Part shown: piece after piece, positions 1 to 9,196 of the stretch
Layout: every line of letters begins with the position of its first letter
Position numbering within the stretch: position 1 is the first letter of the stretch
Assembly: GCA_035696585.1 (NCBI GenBank)
Contig: DASRQP010000313.1
Location: forward strand, 1-38,072
DNA length: 38,072 nt
Reading direction: 5' to 3'
Source: Candidatus Acidiferrales bacterium
Lineage (GTDB): Bacteria > Acidobacteriota > Terriglobia > Acidiferrales > UBA7541
Made by a program: the position numbers and the translations under genes
Notes under the pieces: model-generated
Seen by the model: the letters and a program-made list of their open reading frames with translations, nothing else
Told to the model about the DNA's origin: nothing
Databases searched by the model: none

Positions 1-339
1 GTACTTTGAATCGCCCTCTTGTTTCAGCTGAGCGGACTCCTGAACGCCTTTTGAGAAGTCGTCCATATCTTTTGCGTCCTCAACCGGATCGCCGGAAAGC
101 AATTGCTGAGCGGCGGGGCCAAAGATTTTGTCCAGGGCGGCATGGTCCTTCGCCTGGGCAGCCTGCACAAGCGCCTGCATTGCCTGCTGAGGCGAAGAAA
201 ATGTCTCCTGGGCCGCGTCCTGGGCATGAAGAATTGCTACATTCCCGAAAACGACGAAGACTGCAGCCATGGCAACCAAGAAGACGAGGGCCGAAGGAGT
301 TACTACTCTAACTGAACTTTGTCGCGTTCGAATTCGCAT
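1..339 (-). CDS. DUF2950-family exported protein, 5' part only (gene continues past the left edge)
   Basis: Absent from the ORF track because it has no in-window stop. Hand translation of the reverse strand from ATG at 339 is open through position 1: MRIRTRQSSVRVVTPSALVFLVAMAAVFVVFGNVAILHAQDAAQETFSSPQQAMQALVQAAQAKDHAALDKIFGPAAQQLLSGDPVEDAKDMDDFSKGVQESAQLKQEGDSKY. It has a signal peptide followed by the F-x-S-P-x-x-A...AL...D...L..I.GP...LLSGD opening that I associate with DUF2950. AGGA lies about 10 nt upstream. It sits 35 nt downstream of a DUF3300 gene, the usual partner. Confidence 0.55.
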   Translation of the reverse strand, partial: MRIRTRQSSVRVVTPSALVFLVAMAAVFVVFGNVAILHAQDAAQETFSSPQQAMQALVQAAQAKDHAALDKIFGPAAQQLLSGDPVEDAKDMDDFSKGVQESAQLKQEGDSKY

Positions 340-374
340 AAGAGTGCGTCCTTTCGCTAGCGGTTGAATGTGGC

Positions 375-1901
375 TCATAGGAGGCTCCCGGGACGGCCCG
401 GACGGTTTGGCTTTGACTTGGGTTGTTGTGCGCGGCTTGGTTCGGGCCGTGGAGGCGCGGGCCTGCTCATCTGTTGACGACTCTGTTGGCCGCGCTGGCT
501 CGCGGCTTGCGGAGTAAAATTACCCTCACTGCGGCCGAAGGCGTGCGGACCCTGGGGCGGCGCGGGGGCGGGCCGTACCTGCTGTGGCGGCACTTGGCGA
601 AACGTCTGGGGCGGCGCGGTCCGGACCCGGACAGGCTGCTGAAATGTACGAGCGGGCTGCGGTGGCGTGGCCTGTTGTGTCTGCCTATTTCGCTGCTGCT
701 GTTGCTGCTGTTGTGGTTGCTGCTCAGGAACCCGAACTTCTCGGGGCGGTGCCTGCTGCGGAACCGCCTGTTGCTGTGGAGTCTGGCGCCCGCGGAACTG
801 GTTAAGCCGAGGATTGCTGGTATCGATATTGCGATTGATTACGCGATTATCGACTGGCGGAGCCTGATTGCCCGGACTGGTGTTCGGCCGATTGTTTTGA
901 TTGTTCTGAAAAGTTTGCCGGTTCTGGTTGCGAGCATTCCCGTTGTTCTGGTTGCCGCGATTGTTTTGGGAAGGAACGTTTCTGTTGCGCGCGGTGTTGT
1001 TGAAATTGACGTCACGATGAACGCTCGTATAGTTGTTGACGTTGTTGACGTTCACTGTGCGATTGACGACTGTGCGGTTGATGGTGATATTCGTAACGCG
1101 ATTATTGATGTAGACGTTGTTTTGCTGAATGTAGGGACGCGAGCGCCGTTGCCAGTCGTTATCACCCCGCCATCCTGTGTAGTAGACGCGATGATTGCGC
1201 CAGTCGGTGTCACGATCGAGCCATGCGCCGATCGCAAAACCTGCGCCAAAAGCAATCCCCACTCCGAAAGCGCCGCCAAAATAGGCGCGGCGGGCGTAGA
1301 CGATAGTTGGATCGTATGTGGGCACGTAAATGTACTGGGGGCTTGCAGGCCAAATCTGAATGACATCGTCTTGATCGACGATCTGCCACTGCGAATTGCT
1401 GACTAGGTTGCCTTGTGAATAAGCCAAGGAGCGCAAGCGCTGGACGGATTCCATCACATCGGTCGATTGATTGACATAGGCCTGCCCGACGGCGGTTGTC
1501 CAATCGAGTTTCTCGTCCATCATGTCGAGGACTTCGGGATAGTGCGCGACGGCCTTGACGCTGACATCCCACGGTTGATCGTCAATGTCCTCTTGTCCAT
1601 TGGCACGCACCCAGCGGTCCGCGTCGTCAATTTGGTCGACAAAAGTCGCGGCTGGCAAAACCTGCGCGAGCAAGGGATCTGGGTACAGAGCGATCGGAGC
1701 CAGCAGATTGTCGAGCTGATCGGGAGAATATGGCACGTATTCACCCTGATCCTGCTGGTCTTGCTGATCCTGCTGATTCTGTTGGTCCTGCCATAAAGCG
1801 ACGGCCTTCGGAACATTCACATTGACTGGACTGGCTGCGTAAGCGGACAACGGAATGTACATCAGAGAAAGCGCAAGCGTGACAGCCAGAATTTTTCGCA
1901 T
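375..1901 (-). CDS. DUF3300-domain exported protein with a long N/Q/R/P-rich C-terminal tail
   Basis: 508-aa ORF with signal peptide MRKILAVTLALSLMYIPLSAYA. The motif LLAPIALYPDPLLAQVLPAATF is characteristic of DUF3300. GGAGAA lies just upstream of ATG 1901. The C-terminal ~250 aa are low complexity (N, Q, R, P). Confidence 0.8.
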   Translation of the reverse strand: MRKILAVTLALSLMYIPLSAYAASPVNVNVPKAVALWQDQQNQQDQQDQQDQGEYVPYSPDQLDNLLAPIALYPDPLLAQVLPAATFVDQIDDADRWVRANGQEDIDDQPWDVSVKAVAHYPEVLDMMDEKLDWTTAVGQAYVNQSTDVMESVQRLRSLAYSQGNLVSNSQWQIVDQDDVIQIWPASPQYIYVPTYDPTIVYARRAYFGGAFGVGIAFGAGFAIGAWLDRDTDWRNHRVYYTGWRGDNDWQRRSRPYIQQNNVYINNRVTNITINRTVVNRTVNVNNVNNYTSVHRDVNFNNTARNRNVPSQNNRGNQNNGNARNQNRQTFQNNQNNRPNTSPGNQAPPVDNRVINRNIDTSNPRLNQFRGRQTPQQQAVPQQAPPREVRVPEQQPQQQQQQQRNRQTQQATPPQPARTFQQPVRVRTAPPQTFRQVPPQQVRPAPAPPQGPHAFGRSEGNFTPQAASQRGQQSRQQMSRPAPPRPEPSRAQQPKSKPNRPGRPGSLL

Positions 1902-2110
1902 GACTACAATTCTCCTTGTGATGTTTCGGTATGATTCGTGTTGGGAGCGATAAGCATTTTATGGCTTCTGGCAGGACCGGAGCCGATTGTCAGATCATGG
2001 CCGAGTGAAGGGTGGGCCTCCATTGTAGCAATCTTCGACCATGGTTGGTAGAGCTTAGGAGCTAGAATATTCCGACGAAGGACGATGCCTTTTGTGAGCA
2101 AAACAGCACA

Positions 2111-2139
2111 TTGAAGCGAGAGAGGCGCACGGATAGAAT
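2111..2139 (+). promoter_or_regulatory. sigma70-like promoter candidate for the TlpA-like gene (possible leaderless mRNA)
   Basis: TTGAAG (2111-2116), 17-nt spacer, TAGAAT (2134-2139). The -10 ends 7 nt before the A of ATG 2146, and there is no Shine-Dalgarno in between (aaaccc). Confidence 0.3.
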
Positions 2140-2145
2140 AAACCC

Positions 2146-2799
2146 ATGACATCGAACGAAACGATACTACCTAAACGAATCGCTTGTTCAGCAGCGGTGA
2201 TTTTTTGCCTTGGATACGCGTGCTTTGGGGCAGCACTCGCCGCGCCACATCCGGATCGCGCTGCGCGACAGCCTGCACAGAAAGCAAGACCCTCGACATC
2301 GAAGACTGGGGCGGCAAACGCCGCTTCAAAGCAAAATGGCGAGCTTCCGCTGATCGACTTGGCGGGCTATCAGAAACTGGTGGCGAAATATAAAGGCAAG
2401 CCCCTGGTGGTGAATTTCTGGGCGACGTGGTGCGAGCCCTGTAGAGCGGAATATCCGATGCTGGTGGGGCTGGCGAAGAAATATGAGCCACAGGGAGTGG
2501 TTTTTCTTGGCGTGAGTTACGACGCGGACGCGGATTTGAACGTCGTGGGCCACTTTCTAGCGATGTACCGGCCCGATTTTCCCAATTACCGGCAGAAACC
2601 GGGAATTGACGTTGACGCATTCAATCACGGGGTTGACCCGGCGTGGGACGGCGCGATTCCTTCGACAATTTTCTACAAGCCGAACGGAGAATTTGACGCG
2701 CAATTTTTTGGGACGAGGCCGCGCGCGGAGTTCGAAAAGGAGATTCAAAGTTTGACCGCAAATCCGTTCGCGCCGAAATCTGCAACGCCTGGCAAGTAA
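2146..2799 (+). CDS. TlpA/ResA-like periplasmic thiol:disulfide oxidoreductase (thioredoxin fold)
   Basis: 217 aa with an N-terminal hydrophobic anchor (IACSAAVIFCLGYACFGAALA). Contains the redoxin core KGKPLVVNFWATWCEPCRAEYP with a CxxC motif. Confidence 0.8.
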   Translation: MTSNETILPKRIACSAAVIFCLGYACFGAALAAPHPDRAARQPAQKARPSTSKTGAANAASKQNGELPLIDLAGYQKLVAKYKGKPLVVNFWATWCEPCRAEYPMLVGLAKKYEPQGVVFLGVSYDADADLNVVGHFLAMYRPDFPNYRQKPGIDVDAFNHGVDPAWDGAIPSTIFYKPNGEFDAQFFGTRPRAEFEKEIQSLTANPFAPKSATPGK

Positions 2800-2849
2800 A
2801 GACTTCATTCATACTTCAACTCTTGGAGACCGAACATGGGGAGGCGACC

Positions 2850-3563
2850 GTGCTGAACACTCGAGGAAACAAACTGACCTGGCTGGGCCACGCTACGTTC
2901 AAAATCACGACGCCAAGCGGGAAAGTGATTGTGGTGGATCCGTGGATCGATGGGAATCCAGTGTGTCCGAAGACGGCCAAGAAACTGACACGCGTGGATA
3001 CGGTGTTGATTACGCACGGGCACGGCGACCACATCGGCGACGTGGTGAAAATCGCGAAGAGGTTCAAACCGCAGGTCATCTCAATTTATGAGACGAGCTT
3101 GTGGCTGGCATCGAAAGGCGTCAAGAATACGACAGGAATGGGCAAAGGCGGGACGATTAAAGCCGGCGAAATCGAAGTGACGATGGTGAACGCACTGCAT
3201 TCCAACGGAATTGAAGACGGGAAGAAGATAATTTACGGCGGCGAGCCATGCGGATATATCGTTCGACTGCCAGGAGGGCTGCGGATTTATCACGCGGGGG
3301 ATACGGCGATTTTTGGTGACATGAAATTGATCGCCGAATTGTACGAGCCCGAAGTGGCGATGTTGCCGATCGGCGACTATTACACGATGGGCCCGCGCGA
3401 AGCGGCGATGGCAATCCGCTTGCTCAATGTGAAGCACGTCGTGCCGATGCATTATGGAACGTTTCCTGTGCTTATCGGTACGCCCGAAGAACTCAAGAGA
3501 CTGACGCAGGATATTCCAGGGCTGGAGATTCATGCGTTGAAGCCGGGAGAAAGCATCGAATAG
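2850..3563 (+). CDS. UPF0173-type metal-dependent hydrolase (metallo-beta-lactamase fold)
   Basis: Motifs LTWLGHATFKI, ITHGHGDH, YHAGDT and VPMHYGTFP. The track ORF starts at TTG 2823. I prefer GTG 2850 because GGGGAGG lies 6 nt upstream and family members start right before xxLTWLGHA. Confidence 0.8.
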   Translation: MLNTRGNKLTWLGHATFKITTPSGKVIVVDPWIDGNPVCPKTAKKLTRVDTVLITHGHGDHIGDVVKIAKRFKPQVISIYETSLWLASKGVKNTTGMGKGGTIKAGEIEVTMVNALHSNGIEDGKKIIYGGEPCGYIVRLPGGLRIYHAGDTAIFGDMKLIAELYEPEVAMLPIGDYYTMGPREAAMAIRLLNVKHVVPMHYGTFPVLIGTPEELKRLTQDIPGLEIHALKPGESIE

Positions 3564-3602
3564 GGTGGGCTACTTTTATTTGCGTCACAGAAAGGTGGAT
3601 TG

Positions 3603-4235
3603 ATGGCCGGCAAGATCACGGAAGCAAAGATTGAAAGGTATATTTACGATATTTTGCCGGCGCGCGACGCCGTGCTCGCTGACATGGAGCGATTAGCAAA
3701 GCAGCGTGATATTCCGATCATTGGGCCCGCGGTGGGCCGGATGATTTATTTGCTGGCACAAATCTCCGGCGCAAAGCGGATTTTCGAGATGGGTTCGGCC
3801 ATCGGTTACTCTACGATATGGCTGGCGCGAGCGGCAGGACCTGGAGCTGAAATTTATTACACTGATGGCGACCCGTCGAACGCGCGACGTGCGAAAGAGT
3901 TTTTCGAGCGGGCGGGCGTGGAAAAACGGATCTCTGTGATGACTGGGGACGCGCTGGCGATGATCGACAGAACAAAAGGAAAATTTGACTTGATCTTTAT
4001 CGACGTGGACAAGCATCAGTATCCCGCCGCTCTGCGGAAAGCGTTGCCGCGATTGAAATCCGGCGGCCTGCTGCTGACGGACAATACGCTATGGTCGGGA
4101 CGCGTGACGCGGCGCGCAAAAGATGCGAACACGCGCGGAGTGCAAGAATTCAATAAGGCTGTTTACTCCTCCAAGGAATTATTTCCTGTGCTGATTCCGC
4201 TGCGCGATGGCGTGACCGTGTGCCGGAAAAAATAG
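3603..4235 (+). CDS. class I SAM-dependent O-methyltransferase (caffeoyl-CoA OMT-like, family 3)
   Basis: Motif I is RIFEMGSAIGYSTIWLA. DLIFIDVDKHQYP and GGLLLTDNTLW are typical of the Methyltransf_3 family. ATG 3603 is preceded by AAAGGTGG. Confidence 0.8.
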   Translation: MAGKITEAKIERYIYDILPARDAVLADMERLAKQRDIPIIGPAVGRMIYLLAQISGAKRIFEMGSAIGYSTIWLARAAGPGAEIYYTDGDPSNARRAKEFFERAGVEKRISVMTGDALAMIDRTKGKFDLIFIDVDKHQYPAALRKALPRLKSGGLLLTDNTLWSGRVTRRAKDANTRGVQEFNKAVYSSKELFPVLIPLRDGVTVCRKK

Positions 4236-4273
4236 ATGGCGGCACACAACGCGTCCAGGTAATCAGTGAAACT

Positions 4274-5206
4274 TTATTTGCGAAATAGATTCGAGACGAA
4301 AAATTTCAGGTTGGCGGGACGTTCGGCCAGGCGACGCATGAAATACGGGAACCAGTCGGAACCGTAGGGAACATAAACTCGCAAGCGATACCCTTCACGG
4401 ATCAGTTGATCCTGCAAGTCCGTACGAATTCCGTAAAGCATCTGAAATTCATATTGATCGTTACGAATTCCCCGCTCGGCGGCGAATTTTTTGGTGGCCT
4501 CGAGCATCTGCGGATCATGCGTCGCGATGCCGTGATAAATTCCGCTAGGAAGCAACAATTTCATCACTTTCACGTAGCTTGCGTCGACGTCCGCCTTTTT
4601 CGGAAACGCGACTTCCGGCGGTTCTTTGTAAGCGCCTTTCACCAGACGGAGGCGGCAGCCTGCAGCGATCAGGTCCTTCGCGTCCTGCTCCGTGCGATAC
4701 AGATAAGACTGCAGCACGGTGCCAACAGCATTGTTTTTTGCTCGCGCGCGTCTGCAAATGTCGATGGTGCGCTGCGTATAGGCGGAACTTTCCATGTCGA
4801 TGCGCACGAAATTCTTTTGTGCCGCGGCATGGGCGGCGATTTGTGCAAAAAGGTCCTCACAGAGGGGTTCGCTGATATCGAGGCCGAGCTGGGTGAGTTT
4901 AAGGGAGACGTTGCAATCGAGATGTTCGGCTGCGATGCGATCGAATATTCCGAGATACGCATCGGCGGCGCGGCGCGCTTCGGCTTCGCTTGTCACGCTT
5001 TCACCGAGGCAATCCAGACTGCACGGGCGGCCGCGCGCGTTGAGTTCGCGGACAGCGGCGACGGCGTCACCAAGCGCCTCACCCGGAACGAAGCGGCGAG
5101 CCATGCGGCGGCTGGTGCCGTTGTGCATAACAAAATGAGCCATCCGGGGACTGCGCGACAGTTCGAGAAGAATCGAGCGCAGCATCAGTAGCGGCCCCGA
5201 CGACAC
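4274..5206 (-). CDS. proline dehydrogenase (monofunctional PutA-like)
   Basis: 310 aa with RRFVPGEAL...LDCLGESV, VSLKLTQLG, RLVKGAY, GIATHD, FQMLYGI, VPYG..W..Y..RRLAERP. The start is either GTG 5206 or the in-frame ATG 5185 (MLRSILL...). Confidence 0.85.
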   Translation of the reverse strand: MSSGPLLMLRSILLELSRSPRMAHFVMHNGTSRRMARRFVPGEALGDAVAAVRELNARGRPCSLDCLGESVTSEAEARRAADAYLGIFDRIAAEHLDCNVSLKLTQLGLDISEPLCEDLFAQIAAHAAAQKNFVRIDMESSAYTQRTIDICRRARAKNNAVGTVLQSYLYRTEQDAKDLIAAGCRLRLVKGAYKEPPEVAFPKKADVDASYVKVMKLLLPSGIYHGIATHDPQMLEATKKFAAERGIRNDQYEFQMLYGIRTDLQDQLIREGYRLRVYVPYGSDWFPYFMRRLAERPANLKFFVSNLFRK

Positions 5207-5267
5207 GCTGCTAAGGACGAGATTTCAGAAGGACAGTGAGATTTAGGCATGGAGGCAGCGGACGAAA

Positions 5268-6191
5268 TCAGTGCGCATGGGCATCCAGGAATTTCTCCGC
5301 GTCCATGGCGGCCATGCAACCTGAACCAGCAGCAGTGACTGCTTGACGATAAGTCTTGTCCTGGACGTCGCCGGCGGCGAAAACCCCGTCGATATTGGTG
5401 CGGCTGCCATTGTGAGTCTTTAGGTAGCCGGCTTCGTCCATATCGAGCTGCCCGCGGAAAATTTTCGTGTTGGGCTCGTGGCCAATGCCGATAAAGAGGC
5501 CGGAAATCGGGAGAGTCGATGTTTTGTTGTTCTCAACATTGCGAAGTTTGACAGCTTCGACGTCGTGCTTGGCGGGATCGAGTACTTCCTCGACGACGAC
5601 GGGGGTGAGGAATTTGATTTTGTCGTTGGCCTTGGCGCGATCAAGCATGATTTTGGAAGCGCGAAAATCGTTGCGTCGATGGAGGATGGTGACTTTTTTA
5701 GCGAAGCGCGTCAGGTGGGTGGCTTCCTCCATTGCGGTGTCCCCGCCACCGACCACAGCAATTTCTTTGTCACGGAAAAAATAACCGTCGCACGTGGCGC
5801 ATGTGGAAACACCGTGTCCGATCAGCTGCTTTTCGGAATCGATTCCGAGAAGACGAGCGGAAGCGCCGGCGGCAACGATGAGCGTTTCAGTCTCAAACGT
5901 TTCGTGACCAGCTTCGATTTTGAACGGGCGTTGCTTGAGAACAACGGATGAGACTGCGCCAGAGCGAAACTCGGCGCCGAAACGCTGGGCTTGCTTGCGC
6001 ATGAACTCGACAAGCTCCGGGCCCAGGATTCCATCCGGAAAGCCGGGGAAATTTTCGACCATTGTGGTGAGCGTAAGCTGGCCGCCCGGCTCGTGACCGT
6101 CAATGACCAGAGGCTTCAGATTGGCGCGCGCGGCGTAAATCGCAGCAGTCAAACCGGCGCAGCCACTCCCGATGATGGCAACTTTGTGCAC
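5268..6191 (-). CDS. trxB: thioredoxin-disulfide reductase
   Basis: 307 aa with FAD motif VAIIGSGCAGLTAAIYAAR, redox-active CATCDG, NADPH motif VVGGGDTAMEEA, and GVFAAGDV. GTG start with GAGGAG upstream. Confidence 0.92.
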   Translation of the reverse strand: MHKVAIIGSGCAGLTAAIYAARANLKPLVIDGHEPGGQLTLTTMVENFPGFPDGILGPELVEFMRKQAQRFGAEFRSGAVSSVVLKQRPFKIEAGHETFETETLIVAAGASARLLGIDSEKQLIGHGVSTCATCDGYFFRDKEIAVVGGGDTAMEEATHLTRFAKKVTILHRRNDFRASKIMLDRAKANDKIKFLTPVVVEEVLDPAKHDVEAVKLRNVENNKTSTLPISGLFIGIGHEPNTKIFRGQLDMDEAGYLKTHNGSRTNIDGVFAAGDVQDKTYRQAVTAAGSGCMAAMDAEKFLDAHAH

Positions 6192-6354
6192 TCGAAACTC
6201 CTCGGATATTCGATTGTGTCAGAACGCTTTGCGACGCAAGCATTTTCGCGTAAACACTGCGCGCAAATAAAGGAAAGGCATTTTAACATCAAGGAGAAGG
6301 TTGGCTAGCAAAGTTCTTTGCCGACGGCGGGAAAAACTGTGAACAGAGTCCAGG

Positions 6355-8622
6355 CTAAGTCGCAGCGGAACGACGGTCTTTGATTTCTTGCAAGTGCTGG
6401 CGAAGGCGGGCGAGAACTGCTTCACCCTGGCCCTCCGCGATTTCGCGTTCGAGTTCCGTCAATGCGAAATGAATGATGTCGTGATGGTGGATTTCCTCAC
6501 CCTTTAATTCATCGCTCAATCGAAGCCAAATATCGTGCAGCAAGTCGATTTCCTTTGGCGTCAGGTGCGGCGAGTGCGGGCCGAGGTAGAAAACCCGTTG
6601 CTGCCCGCCGGCGGTCACGATTTCGAGGGCCACGCGAGGACGCGGTTCGGGCATACGCTCCCAGGCGAGACCGACCTCGCGTGCCTGCTCGGTCAGCGGC
6701 ATCTTCGACGATCCCCCGACGACGATGGATGCCGACTGCAGATTCGCAGCGGAACGCAAAATGCCATCCCACAAGTCATTCGCGGCAGCCACGGCGAGGC
6801 GGACGGGTTTCCCTTCCTTCTCGGCAATGGCTAAGACTTTGGTGAAGAGGAGTTGCTCGATGGTACTGAAAAGCTGTTCGGGGTTCAGATCATATTCGCC
6901 AGATGCAGCGCGACGCAACAAGCGGATGTGGAGAACAACGATATCCTGCTCGTTCGTTCTCAATCGCTCGAGAACAGAATGCAGATGATAGAGCGCATAG
7001 TAGTTGCTGACGGGAACGAGAATGTTTCCCGGGCGAACGCCAACGCTCGCGGGAGTGATATCCGCCTCCTCTGACAGATTGAATTGATCGAGTTCCGTGG
7101 AGCGTGTCATGCCATGCTGTTTTAAAACTCTTCTCTCCGAGAGGGTAAATGCCACAAACAACAATGCGGAAAAGACCACGCCGGCAATTGTGGCATCGGG
7201 CTTGGTGAACAGATTTACGAGGGCAATGAGCAGCAGAACCAGGGTGATGAGGCCAAGGCCCACAGGAATTTCCGTGCCCGCGATTGTGAAGTTAAGTGGA
7301 ACGCGATATTCGCGGTCCTGGGGATGCGTATAGCGAAGGACGAGAACCCCGAAGCCCTTCATCGCGAAACTCCAAATGACGCCAAAGGCGTAAAGGTTGC
7401 CGAGAAAATTCACATCGCCGCGGCTGACCAGAATTGTAACGATCTGGAGCACCGCCACACTGGTAATGATTCGGTGTGTGGTCCCGTATCGGCGGTGAGG
7501 ATGGCGAAACCAGTCGGTTAATACACCGTCCTCCGAAATCCGGCTCAACACGCCGTTGGAGCCGACGATAGCGGTATTCACCGCGCCGGAAAGAATGAGC
7601 ATGCCGACGACAACCACAAAGACGTGAAAGGCGATGCGCAGGGCGAAGGGACCCTGCAGATGCATCGACAGGCCGCCGATGAGGTTTTCGAAGAACTGCG
7701 GCCGGATGCGGTCAGGGATAATCATGACGGCAAAAATGGAAACGAATGCCGTGAAGGCCAGGCTGTACGCCACGACGATAAGGGCGGTCTTCTTGAGGTT
7801 TGCGAGCTTGGGATGTTCGATTTCGCGATAGACCTGGGCGAGAGTCTCTTCGCCGCTCATGGCCAAGACAGAATGGCCAAGACCAACAAAGATCACGACG
7901 AGTGTGAGCGTGTGCGCCCAATGGAATTTGTTCAGCCATCCGAGCGAATGCTGGTCGAGAAGCATGTTCTGCGGCAACGGCGCGGGCGGCCAATGAGCGC
8001 CGCGAACGACAACGGTATAAATGCACCAGGCAATCAGAATGACCACCATCACGGTGGTCACTTGCATGATGCGCAGCGCCTTCTCGCTCGACTCGGGAAT
8101 GCCCTTGATGTTCTGCCACCAGAAATAAACGGTCACAAGAATGGCGATGGTTGCCGCCGTGGCGTTTACAGAAAGCGACACATGGAAGTGGCCGTAGCGT
8201 AGAAGCTCGTTAACCAAACCCGCGACGTATTGCCCTGCCGCGACGCCGCTGATTGGGCCGGTGAGAACGTAGTCGAACATCAACGCAGAGACGGAAAGTT
8301 TCGCAAGCCCTCCGCCCATCGCCTCTTTGACCACGCGATAAACGCCGCCCCGAACGAACATGCTGCAACTCTCGACGTAAATCAGGGAAACGGCGTAGGC
8401 CAGCAGCATTACACCCAGGATGAACCACGGCGCAGATTTGCCGATGAACAGTTCCGCTTCACCGCCCGCGTAATAAGCCGAGGAAGCTAAATCATTGAGA
8501 ACGATCGCGCCGGCGCGCCAGAAGGAAATGAAGCTGAGCATCGCCGTGGTGGCTACGAGGACGTTGACTGCGGGGCGCGCAGAACTCTTGAGTTGACCGG
8601 GCGGTGTGGGCTTGGATGCCAT
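6355..8622 (-). CDS. APC-superfamily amino acid/polyamine permease fused to a cytoplasmic USP-like C-terminal domain
   Basis: 755 aa. About 500 aa form a multi-TM permease (many long hydrophobic segments). These are followed by ~250 soluble aa starting NILVPVSNYYALYHLHSVL...VVLHI...IVVGGS, a universal-stress-protein-like pattern. Confidence 0.7.
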   Translation of the reverse strand: MASKPTPPGQLKSSARPAVNVLVATTAMLSFISFWRAGAIVLNDLASSAYYAGGEAELFIGKSAPWFILGVMLLAYAVSLIYVESCSMFVRGGVYRVVKEAMGGGLAKLSVSALMFDYVLTGPISGVAAGQYVAGLVNELLRYGHFHVSLSVNATAATIAILVTVYFWWQNIKGIPESSEKALRIMQVTTVMVVILIAWCIYTVVVRGAHWPPAPLPQNMLLDQHSLGWLNKFHWAHTLTLVVIFVGLGHSVLAMSGEETLAQVYREIEHPKLANLKKTALIVVAYSLAFTAFVSIFAVMIIPDRIRPQFFENLIGGLSMHLQGPFALRIAFHVFVVVVGMLILSGAVNTAIVGSNGVLSRISEDGVLTDWFRHPHRRYGTTHRIITSVAVLQIVTILVSRGDVNFLGNLYAFGVIWSFAMKGFGVLVLRYTHPQDREYRVPLNFTIAGTEIPVGLGLITLVLLLIALVNLFTKPDATIAGVVFSALLFVAFTLSERRVLKQHGMTRSTELDQFNLSEEADITPASVGVRPGNILVPVSNYYALYHLHSVLERLRTNEQDIVVLHIRLLRRAASGEYDLNPEQLFSTIEQLLFTKVLAIAEKEGKPVRLAVAAANDLWDGILRSAANLQSASIVVGGSSKMPLTEQAREVGLAWERMPEPRPRVALEIVTAGGQQRVFYLGPHSPHLTPKEIDLLHDIWLRLSDELKGEEIHHHDIIHFALTELEREIAEGQGEAVLARLRQHLQEIKDRRSAAT

Positions 8623-8737
8623 GGACGGGATAGATGCGGAGAACGACTATACGGCCAACCAGGCAAAAAAGAAAGGTGATGCATGGAATGGAAATTGCCT
8701 GATGGGCACTGGGGCGCGAGGTTTAATGCGACTTCGC

Positions 8738-9124
8738 TTAGTCAGATTTTTCGCCGGAAAATTCGCGGACGCAAGACTCGCAGGGACAGATCTCGCGGAA
8801 ATGGCTGAAGCTGTAAATCCCCGTGGCGTGACCGTCGGTAAACTCAATTTGAATTGCGTAATTCCCCACCGCTGCCGCAGCGCGCGCGGTGACCTTAGGC
8901 TTGAATAGCGGCAGCGCGGCTGAACCACCGGAGATCTTTTCGGTGAGGCCGGCCTTCTTGTCGTCTGCTTCTCTGCAAGTGGCACAGGGGCAATGCTCGC
9001 GAAGGTAAGCAAAGTCATAATGGCTGGTATGCGCGTCGGACCAAGTGATATCTATGCCGGCTCCGGTGGAGACGTGAACCTTTACGTTGATGGGTTTCTT
9101 GCGAATGTCGAGTGGGATGGGCAT
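8738..9124 (-). CDS. DUF971-domain protein (gamma-butyrobetaine hydroxylase-like N-terminal fold)
   Basis: 128 aa with ITWSDAHTSHYDFAYLREHCPCATC and IEFTDGHATGIYSFSHFREICPCESC. This is the internally duplicated DUF971 pattern with two CPCxxC motifs. Confidence 0.75.
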   Translation of the reverse strand: MPIPLDIRKKPINVKVHVSTGAGIDITWSDAHTSHYDFAYLREHCPCATCREADDKKAGLTEKISGGSAALPLFKPKVTARAAAAVGNYAIQIEFTDGHATGIYSFSHFREICPCESCVREFSGEKSD

Positions 9125-9196
9125 AGACGGATTTCTATTCGCAGCGGCAATTCGTCAGGCACACCGCGCAAATCGCAATTTTTCTAAGGCGCTGGC

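Noticed and set aside
6-311. 101-aa plus-strand ORF at the left edge
   Set aside because: The opposite strand encodes an open frame with a signal peptide and a DUF2950-like N-terminus, placed correctly after the DUF3300 gene. The plus-strand product is Arg/Pro-rich with no features.
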